Under the pieces are notes generated by a model. That model had not been told where the DNA came from. It searched no databases and worked only from the letters and a program-made list of their open reading frames with translations. Positions 1 through 7,800 of a stretch of 9,276 bases of DNA are shown here, in pieces (position 1 is the first letter of the stretch; each line of letters opens with the position of its first letter). The stretch is from Octopus sinensis (taxonomy: Eukaryota). The stretch lies in contig NW_021828267.1 of assembly GCF_006345805.1 (NCBI RefSeq), positions 1-9,276 of the forward strand, written 5' to 3'. A program made the position numbers and the translations under genes.

Positions 1-98
1 CTTCGTCGTTGGATGGTCATGGTTGGTACACTTAGAGCTATGATACACTAGCATGGTCATGGCTAGACAGTGACTTAGAGCTAAAATACTGTCACAAT

Positions 99-463
99 AA
101 CTGGTCCTATACCTATTTCTTTACTACCCACAAGGGGACAAACAAGGACAGACATGGGTAGTAAGTCGATTACATCGACCCCAGTGCGTAACTGGTACTT
201 AATTTATCGACCCCGAAAGGATGAAAGGCAAAGTCGACCTCGGCGGAATTTGAACTCAGAACGTAACGGCAGACGAAATACGGCTACGCATTTCGCCCGG
301 CGCGCTAACGATTCTGCCAGCTCGCTGCCCTATTAAAGGAAGGTGGCGTGAAGGCGGCGGCCACCCGCCGGGCTGACGGCGTCTCAAGCAGACGTCTCCG
401 GCATCATGCCGAACGATCCCGGATACATCCACCTGCCGACTGCTAGCCCTCAACTGGTCCTAT
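99..463. repeat. 12-bp exact direct repeat AACTGGTCCTAT (99-110 and 452-463), candidate target-site duplication
   Basis: Exact 12/12 match. The left copy abuts the 3' end of the SINE precisely. Confidence 0.7.
111..330 (-). mobile_element. tRNA-derived SINE, family A (apparently young, CpG-rich copy)
   Basis: Minus strand starts GGCAGCGAGCTGGCAGAATCG with A-box-like TGGCAGAATCG (309-319) and B-box GAGTTCAAATTCC (245-257). Body GGTCGACTTTGCCTTTCATCCTTTCGGGGTCGATAAA is repeated in diverged form at 6482-6686 and 7494-7683. Confidence 0.85.
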
Positions 464-559
464 GCCACCAGAAGAAACCAGCACTTCCAACACGACATCT
501 ATCATCAAAACCACAACCATCACCGCCTCTGGTCCTGAACGCATAACTGTATCGTTCCC

Positions 560-832
560 ACCCGACAACACCCACCACCCTCCTACACCTCCTACCCTGT
601 CACACCCACACCCCTTAACAAACCACCAACTCTAAACTTCATCTGCCACCACCACCACCACCACCATCACCACCTGACACACAATCACCAACCACCACCC
701 ACTGCCCATAGCATGTCACCGGGGCTCCAGCTTCACACTGTGCCACCCCTACCCCCACACCACCACCACCCACACACCCCCTCCTCCTTCCCCGACGACA
801 CCTTCATTCACACCTCTCTCCCCCTTACCCAT
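560..832. repeat. C-rich low-complexity/(CAC)n tract; G-quadruplex potential on the minus strand (746-781)
   Basis: (CAC)n at about 645-675. C-runs at 746-749, 752-756, 769-771 and 777-781. Confidence 0.7.
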
Positions 833-939
833 CACCCTTTTTTATTAGCCACAATGAAATTAATCTACGCCACCACAAGAAAGTGTCACTACTTGTCCTG
901 CTTTCTACGCAAATTCCCGGCTGTAACGGTGTAATCCTG

Positions 940-976
940 TGACGTCAGCACTGACGTCATGCTCCCGTTGACGTCG
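940..976. promoter_or_regulatory. Cluster of CRE (CREB/ATF-type) motifs
   Basis: TGACGTCA at 940-947 and 952-959, and TGACGTCG at 969-976. Function is inferred from the motif only. Confidence 0.5.
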
Positions 977-1114
977 CAGCTCCTATTGATATGATGAAAC
1001 AACGATTGCTTGTATGTGCTTGCCTAAGCACGCATACAATTACGCATACACATATACAGCAGTGGGCATATAGATGTGTGTATGCAGGTGCATATAAGAA
1101 TGCGTGCGTGTGTG

Positions 1115-1118
<4 letters not shown>

Positions 1119-1150
<32 letters not shown>
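1119..1150. repeat. (TA)16 microsatellite
   Basis: Perfect dinucleotide run. Confidence 0.97.
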
Positions 1151-1156
<6 letters not shown>

Positions 1157-1258
1157 CGTACATGCACAGGTAAAAACTGTATTCAGTGCTAGGGAGTTTA
1201 TTTTTAGTTCTGTGTGCTTTCCTGATAAATTGCGATTGAGGTGAAGCACAGCACGAGA

Positions 1259-1286
1259 GGGGAGGTGTGGTGGGAGTAAGGGTGGG
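1259..1286 (+). other. Putative G-quadruplex motif
   Basis: GGGG-N9-GGG-N5-GGG-N1-GGG; the first loop is longer than the canonical 7 nt. Confidence 0.4.
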
Positions 1287-1319
1287 AGTGAAGTGAGAGT
1301 GGAAGCTTTGAGTGGAGTG

Positions 1320-2110
1320 TATGTGTTTGAGTGTTTGTATTTGTGTAACTGTATGTATGCATGCATGCATGTATGTGTATGTATGTAGTGTAGTATGTAT
1401 GTATGTATGTATGTATGGTGGATGTATGTGTATGTATGTATGTATGTATGTATGTATATGTCTGTATGTATGTATGTATGTGATGTGTTTGTATGTATGT
1501 ATGTAGTATGATGTATGTGTATGTATGTATGTATGTATGTATGTTATGTATGTAGTGTGTGTATGGTATGTATGTATGTATGTATGTGTGTGTATGTATG
1601 TATGTATAGTGTGGATGTATGTAGGATGTGTGTGTATGTATGTTGGATGTATGTGTATGTATGTGTGTGTATGTATGTAGGTATGTATGTGTGTGTTGTA
1701 TGTGTATGTATGTATGTATGTATGTATGTGTGTGTGGTATGTGTATGTATTATGTATGTATGTTGTATGTATGTATGTATGTGTGTATGTATGTATTATG
1801 TATGTAATGTATGTATGTATTCTGTATGTGTGTTTGTGTATGTGTATGTATGTATGTATGTATGTATGTAATGTATGTGTGTTGTGTTGTATGTATGTAA
1901 TATGTATGTATGTATGTATGTAGGTATGTATGTAATGTATGTATGTTGTATGTATACTTGTATGCCTGTGTGTGTATGTATGTATGTATGCATTATACTT
2001 GTATGCCTGCGTGTGTGTGTGTATTTGTATGTCGGTGCATTTAATGAGCCTGTGTGTAGGTATGTGAGTATCTCTGGCTATTGTTGTATGTATGCGTACG
2101 TGTATCTGTG
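1320..2110. repeat. Long imperfect (ATGT)n tetranucleotide array
   Basis: About 800 bp dominated by TATG/ATGT units interspersed with TG. Confidence 0.95.
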
Positions 2111-2645
2111 TATGTGTTTGCAAGACCGTACATATAAGTGTGTGTTGTGTGTGCGTGTGTGTTTGTGTACGGGTGTGCATGTGCGTGTGTGCTCGTGCGC
2201 GTGTGTGTCTGCGTCCGAATGTATGTACATGACGCACGTGTGTTGACGACTAGCTGTGTATGCGTGTATGCGTGTGTATTAGTAGGTATGTTTGTGCGTC
2301 TGCGTGTATGAATGTGTATGTGTATGTGTCTGTCTGTGTGTATGTGTGTGTGTGTGTGTGTGTGCAAACATGTAAGGTAGTGTTTGCTTGTGTGTATGTA
2401 CGTACCAATATGCTATGAACATGTGTGCGTGTGCATTGTGAGTATGTGTGTGCATGTGTGCTTTTTATGTGTGTGTATATGTATGTATATGAATATGTGT
2501 GTATGTGTATGTGTGAGAGACAGACAGACAGACAGACAGAAAGAGAGAAATTTACGAGTGACTGTGTACGCTCATTTGTATATATGTATATGTAAGTGTG
2601 TGTTTTGTTTGTGTCTATCTGTACGAGTGTGTGTATGTTTGTGTA

Positions 2646-2677
<32 letters not shown>

Positions 2678-2782
2678 GTGTGTGTGTGTGTGAAAGAGAG
2701 AGTGTGTATGTGAGCGTGCATGCTGCTGTCTGTATGTATGTGCATATTTCATGTGTAAGGACAACGACGGTACGAACGTGTT

Positions 2783-2868
<86 letters not shown>
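2111..2868. repeat. Degenerate (TG)n-rich region ending in a near-pure (GT)n run (2786-2868); short (GACA)n near 2518-2538
   Basis: Direct inspection. Confidence 0.92.
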
Positions 2869-2869
<1 letters not shown>

Positions 2870-3116
2870 CGTGGAACTGAGTGACCGTGAAGCAGACAGG
2901 TGATTAAGATGGAGATGTGGAGGGAGAAAGATTGTAGAGAAGGAGGGGAGCAGAAGGAGGAGGAGGAGGAGGAAATAACTAGCAGAGAACCACAGCAGAG
3001 CAGGTGACCGGCCGACCAACCGTGCAGCCGACTAACCGGCTGACCGGAGAGCCTGTCCGTCTGCCTGTCTGTCTGTCGTTTGCGTGAAAGTGAACAAAGC
3101 AAGTTTGAAGACAATA

Positions 3117-3118
<2 letters not shown>

Positions 3119-3148
<30 letters not shown>
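3119..3148. repeat. (AG)15 microsatellite
   Basis: Perfect run. Confidence 0.97.
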
Positions 3149-3151
<3 letters not shown>

Positions 3152-3191
3152 GGAGGTGAGAGAAAGGAGAGTTGATAGATAGATAGATATG

Positions 3192-3233
3192 TTTCTTTAT
3201 TAGCCACACAGGGCTGCACACAGACAGAACAAA
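3192..3233 (-). mobile_element. Possible SINE 3'-tail remnant next to (GATA)n
   Basis: TTTCTTTATTAGCCACACAGGG resembles the tail of the SINE at 116-137 (TTTCTTTACTACCCACAAGGGG). No head or body is visible. Confidence 0.35.
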
Positions 3234-3400
3234 TTACAAGGTAGAGCTTTTCTTTTGGGGGTAAAAAAAAAGAGGGTTGGTTTTCGATCAAAAGGGATCG
3301 TAAAAGGAAAGAAAGATGACAAAAATAGGGGAGAATTTTTTTTAAAAAAAGGGAGGGAGAGGGAAAAAAAAAGAAAAGGAGAGAGGAAAAAAAGTTGATC

Positions 3401-3402
<2 letters not shown>

Positions 3403-3458
<56 letters not shown>
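3403..3458. repeat. (AGAT)14 microsatellite inside a purine-rich tract (about 3300-3600)
   Basis: Perfect run; a shorter (GATA)n lies at 3174-3189. Confidence 0.97.
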
Positions 3459-3461
<3 letters not shown>

Positions 3462-3612
3462 GGGAGAAAGGGGAGAGAGGAAGAGAGAGAGAGGAGGGAG
3501 AGGAAGATAACCTAAGAGTATGTGGGGAGTGAGGAATATGGGGCGAGGGACAGAAAAAGGAAACGAGAAAAGCAAATAAAGTGGAGAAAAGCAGATAAAG
3601 CTACGTGATACA

Positions 3613-3644
3613 GATGCTGATGATAGTGGTAATGATGATGATCT

Positions 3645-3688
<44 letters not shown>

Positions 3689-3870
3689 GTGTTGATGATG
3701 ATGATGATGGTGTTGATGATGATGATGATGATGACGACCACGACGACAATAATTATGATGATGATATGATGATGATGATGATGGCAATGATGACGATGAT
3801 GATGACAATACTGGTGATGGTGATGATGATGATGATGATGATTGATGGTGGTGGTGATGGTGGTCTTGAT
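3613..3870. repeat. Imperfect (GAT)n trinucleotide array
   Basis: GAT units with GGT/GAC/AAT variants. Confidence 0.95.
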
Positions 3871-3951
3871 GTGGTTTAGGTGAAGCGAAGGTGCCGTGAG
3901 CAGGTGGTTTGAACAAGGGAATGCCTTGCTAATTAAATGTTGTGACGACAT

Positions 3952-4052
3952 AGACAGAGACAGACAGACAGACAGAGAGACAGACAGACAACCAGAAAGA
4001 CTAGCAGACAGACTGACCGACTGACGGACAGACAGACAAGACAAGCAGACAA
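3952..4052. repeat. Imperfect (GACA)n array
   Basis: Direct inspection. (CTGG)n at about 4133-4150 and poly-T at 4251-4268 lie nearby. Confidence 0.9.
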
Positions 4053-4487
4053 GCAGGCTGTCTAACCGGAAGACTTAAGTGACAAAGAAGACAGCAGTCC
4101 AGGTACAACATTCTGCAATGAATAACTACTTGACTGGCTGGCTGGCTGGTTGCTGGGTTACTGTTGCTGTTTAGCCCAAGATCGTTCCGGACTCAGGATC
4201 CACCAAAGCCACAATAAATCAAAAGCGTCCCATTCTTGACCATCCATCTCTTTTTTTTTTTTTTTTTATGAATCGTTTCTATTCTCTGACATAGTTGAAA
4301 CCAGGGAGATCAGCAAGTTGTGGTGATTTGAGATACACTCATCTGACGAAAACGGTTTCTTTACGAATTGACACCTGTACATCTTTGTTACTCATTTATA
4401 TACAGGTGTGTGTGCGCGTATGTATATATATGCATATGTATATATACATACATAAATATGTATGCATATATATATATATGTATGTAT

Positions 4488-4576
4488 GCTGAGACCCCCT
4501 TCGGTCATGAATGACCATGGGATTGCACCTAGAAAGTTACCCTGCCAGGCACAAGTCCGGGCAAGGTTGTTTTATG
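4488..4576 (-). mobile_element. 3'-end fragment of a retroposon/SINE embedded in (TA/TG)n
   Basis: An 89-bp complex island between simple repeats, with the hairpin GGTCAT-GA-ATGACC. It resembles the tail of a cephalopod SINE from memory only, and there is no second copy in the window. Confidence 0.45.
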
Positions 4577-4629
4577 TGTGTGTTTATACATGTGTGCATG
4601 TGTGTGTTTATACATGCATACACCCAACT

Positions 4630-5945
4630 GGATATGAATCTAGTTTTAACGCAATCCAGCTACAAATCCATCTACACCAAATTGTTCCTCATGAAACTAG
4701 CTACGAAGGTGTCTCAACGGAAGCTATACAACATCGATATAATTACAAATAAATCTTAGTTTACGTCTAGTTTATGTCTTGTTATGTCACATGGATTCAT
4801 AGACGCAACATGGGTATAGTTACATCACATCGATGTAACAAAAGATGATACTCAACTAGATAATACCTCATGGATCTACCTACAAACTTTTTCCTCTCAA
4901 CTAGGTGACGTCTCATGGATCTTAGTACAAGCTTGTTCCCCTGTCAGCTAAGAGATCCCTCGTAGACCTAACTACAAATTTGTTCTCTCTCAAGAAGTGA
5001 TCCTTCATGGATCTAACTACAAACTTGTTTTTTCTCGATTAGATAATTCCTCATGGATCTAACTACAATCTTCTTGTCTCTCACCTAGCTGCTCTTTCAT
5101 GAATCTAGTTACAGACTTCTCTCTCATCTTAGTGACACCGCATGGATCTAACTACAAATGTTTTCCTCTCTCAAGAGGTGATCCTTCGTGGATCTAACTA
5201 CAAACTTGTTCTTTCTCAATTAGATAATTCCTCATGGATCTAACTACAATCTTCTTGTCTCTCACCTAGCTGCTCTTTCATGAATCTAGTTACAGACTTC
5301 TCTCTCATCTAAGTGACACCGCATGGATCTAACTACAAATGTTTTCCTCTCTCAAGAGGTGATCCTTCATGGATCTAACTACAAACTTGTTCTTTCTCAA
5401 TTAGATAATCCCCTTATGGATCTAACTACAAACTTCTCTCTCACCTGGGTGCTCCTTCATGAATCTAGCTACACACTTCTTCTCTCTCACCCAGGTGACA
5501 CCGTATGGATCTAACTATTGTTCTCCCTCAGCTAGGTGATGCTTCGTGTGGACTTAACTATAAACGTTGATTTTTCATGGATGTAACAACAAACTTGTTC
5601 ACCATCGCCTAGATGATCCCTCAGGGATCAAACAACAAACTAGTCCTTTCTCAATTAGATGATCCCTGTTGGATCAAACTACAAACTTGTTCTCTCTCAA
5701 GTAGGTGATTCCCTCTTGGTTCTAGCTGCACCACATGGTGATATTAACAGATTAGCCTTCGTAGATCTAGCTACCATGTATTTATTCTCAATTAGATGAT
5801 CCATCATGGATCAAAATACAAAATTTGTTCTTTTTCAGTTAGCTGATCCCTCGGCTGAACCTAACTACAAACTTGTTCTTTTTCAACTATGTGAACCCTA
5901 TTTATTCTCAGTTAGATGATACCACGTGGATTTTGCTACATCTTA
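4630..5945. repeat. ~46-bp minisatellite (consensus CATGGATCTAACTACAAACTTGTTCTCTCTCAAYTAGRTGATCCCT) with a 181-bp higher-order repeat and decayed edges
   Basis: Monomer starts at 4869, 4914, 4961, 5006, 5052, 5098, 5141, 5187, 5233, 5279, 5322, 5368, 5415, 5458 and 5504. Confidence 0.93.
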
Positions 5946-6012
5946 ACTGATTTATGCATAAACTCAAATCTTAGCTGGATTATACTAACTTTATTAATCT
6001 ATCTCCACTTAT

Positions 6013-6244
6013 CCAGCATCGGTTGTCAAGCGATGTTGGGGGGAGGGGACAAACACAGACACACAAACAGAAACACACACATGCATATACATATATACAT
6101 ATATACGAGGGGCTTCTTTCAGTTTCCCTTTCCCAAATCCACTCGCAAGGCTTTGGTCGGCCGAGGCTATAGTAGAAGATACTTGCCCAAGGTGCCACGC
6201 GGTGGGACTGAACCCGGAACCATGTGGTTGGTTAGCTAGCTACT
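6013..6244 (-). mobile_element. tRNA-derived SINE with CORE-like segment, family C (truncated)
   Basis: B-box GGTTCAGTCCC (6204-6214) followed by GGCACCTTGGGCAAGT, the same head as the plus-strand copy at 8280-8365. Internal (TA/TG)n tract. Confidence 0.8.
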
Positions 6245-6363
6245 ATAAGTTTTAAACCATCTTGATTTTATTGAAAATAGCAGTTTGTTCCCCACACCGA
6301 TTTAAAACATTTTCCAGTTCCTATAAGAATCACTGCTTTGGATTATTTGTTGATTCAGAGGCT

Positions 6364-6763
6364 TTCATTCTTTTGCACTAACCTGCTTCTTGAGACTGAT
6401 CCTGTTTATCTGATACAATATTCCTAAAATCTTCCATCAAAATTTTATGCTAATACATGTTTCAAACAACAACAAAATAACTGGTTTCAAATTTTGGCAC
6501 AAATCCAGCAATTGCGTGGGGGGGGCGTTAAGTCGATTACATCGACCCCAGTACACATCTAGTACTTATTATATCGACCTCGAAAGGATGAAAGGCTAAG
6601 TCGACATCGGTGGAATTTGAGCTGAGTATGCGAAGACGGACGAAATGCTACTAAACACTTCGTCCGATTCTGCCACCTCGCCACCTGAATCAGCATAATA
6701 ATTACAAAAACATTGAAACACAACCCATGATATCTTAACAGAAATATGGCAAAAACTTCTTAA
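6364..6763 (+). mobile_element. AT-rich non-autonomous element (MITE-like), copy 1, degraded, interrupted by a SINE
   Basis: Shares CTTGAGACT, CCATCAAAAT, ATTGAAACA and AACAGAAATATGG blocks with copies 2 and 3. Confidence 0.55.
6482..6686 (-). mobile_element. SINE family A, diverged copy
   Basis: Aligns to 163-330 (AAGTCGATTACATCGACCCCAGT, GAAAGGATGAAAGG). Its tail differs (TGGTTTCAAATTTTGGCAC on +). Confidence 0.85.
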
Positions 6764-7377
6764 CCCTTTTGATATCAATCCACTTGAGACTGGCCTGGTT
6801 GTATATCATACAGTTCTTGTATATAAGTGATCTGGAAGCACTCCGTCGGTTACGACGACGAGGGTTCCGGTTGATCCGAATCAACGGAACAGCCTGCTCG
6901 TGAAATTAACGTGTAAGTGGCTGAGCACTCCACAGACACGTGTACCCTTAACGTAGTTCTCGGGGATATTCAGCGTGACACAGAGAGTGAGAAGGCCGGT
7001 CCTTTGAAATACAGGTACAACAGAAACAGGAAGTAAGAGTGAGAGAAAGTTATGGTGAAAGAGTACAGCAGGGATCACCACCATCCCCTGCCGGAGGCTC
7101 GTGAAGCTTTTAGGTGTTTTCGCTCAATAAGCACTCACAACGCCCGATCTGGGAATCGAAACCGCGATCCTATGACCGCGAGTCCGCTGCCCTAACCACT
7201 GGGCCATTGCGCCTCCATAAGTGATCTACATTTAAACCTGCCATCAAAATATTGTGTTATGTTCTAAACACCAGCTTAATAATAACAAATTTATTTCGCT
7301 AATTTCTTCGTTATTTTCAAAATTAACAGAAGCAAAAATAGTCTATTTCAACAGAAATATGGTAATGTAAAGGTTAA
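6760..7377 (+). mobile_element. AT-rich MITE-like element, copy 2, TTAA-CCCTTTT...AAAGG-TTAA termini (piggyBac-like signature), interrupted by a SINE
   Basis: TTAA at 6760-6763 and 7374-7377 with short imperfect inverted termini. Superfamily assignment is inference. Confidence 0.6.
6834..7216 (-). mobile_element. Full-length tRNA-derived SINE, family B, with 11-bp TSD ATAAGTGATCT
   Basis: A-box TGGCCCAGTGG (7196-7206) and B-box-like GGTTTCGATTCC (7152-7163). Exact TSD at 6823-6833 and 7217-7227. Confidence 0.92.
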
Positions 7378-7800
7378 ACCTTTTAATATCAACCTGCTTG
7401 AGACTATCTCTTGTTCTGTGATTCAAACATCCTCTTTTAAATTAAACTAAAAACTTTCCAATTAAATTTTGTGTTAATTTATGTTCCCAATTGTGGTTTC
7501 AAATTTTTGCACAAGCCCAAATGTCGAGTGAAAGTATGACCCCCCCCCTCCCAGTACTTAACTGGCAATTCTTTTATCAACCTCGAAAGCATGAAAGGCA
7601 AAGTTGACCTCGGTAGAATTTGTATTCAGAACGCAAAGACGGACGAAGTGTAGCTAAGCATTGTGTCCAGTATGTTATTTTGCTAAATATATGTTACTGT
7701 TTATTACTAAAATTTTACGATAGATTTTACTAAATTCTTCGCTGTTGTCAAAATTAATTGAAACACAACAGAAATATAGTAATAAAAGAAGATTTTTAAA
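7374..7800 (+). mobile_element. AT-rich MITE-like element, copy 3, interrupted by a SINE
   Basis: Begins on the TTAA that closes copy 2. Shares AACCTGCTTGAGACT, ACTAAATTCTTC and AAAATTAATTGAAAC...ACAGAAATAT. Confidence 0.6.
7494..7683 (-). mobile_element. SINE family A, strongly diverged copy
   Basis: GAAAGCATGAAAGGCAAAGTTGACCTCGGTAGAATTTG aligns to 214-252. Same tail type as 6482-6686. Confidence 0.78.

Noticed and set aside
331-451. Hammerhead or HDV-like ribozyme
   Set aside because: CTGACGG is not CUGANGA and no GAAA follows the stem; no P3/L3 with a CC for P1.1 could be placed. Left open for a covariance-model search.
154-453. ORFs 154-336 (+) and 256-453 (-)
   Set aside because: They lie within or across a SINE; short, with no recognisable domain.
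957-2784. Long ORFs (e.g. 426 aa His/Thr/Tyr/Ile-rich on -, Val/Cys/Met/Tyr-rich on +)
   Set aside because: They are translations of (ATGT)n/(TG)n microsatellites, which lack stop codons in most frames.
2615-4044. Poly-His, poly-Ser and poly-Ile ORFs
   Set aside because: They derive from (GAT)n, (AG)n, (AGAT)n and (TG)n runs and are open in several overlapping frames.
4160-4268. Possible additional retroposon remnant ending at poly-T
   Set aside because: Only a vague resemblance from memory; no second copy, promoter boxes or TSD in the window.
5323-5514. Minisatellite as a coding repeat
   Set aside because: Monomer (43-47 bp) and HOR (181 bp) lengths do not preserve frame.
4869-5900. CRISPR-like look of recurring CATGGATCTAACTACAA
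   Set aside because: The intervening sequences are homologous to one another rather than unique spacers, the context is eukaryotic, and no cas genes are present.
5916-7084. ORFs 5916-6239, 5980-6198, 6596-6778 and 6881-7084
   Set aside because: All overlap SINE or MITE-like sequence and have no coding hallmarks.
7140-7216. tRNA gene on the minus strand
   Set aside because: The D-arm pairs (GCCC/GGGC), but the acceptor, anticodon and T stems do not. It runs into a SINE body bounded by a TSD.
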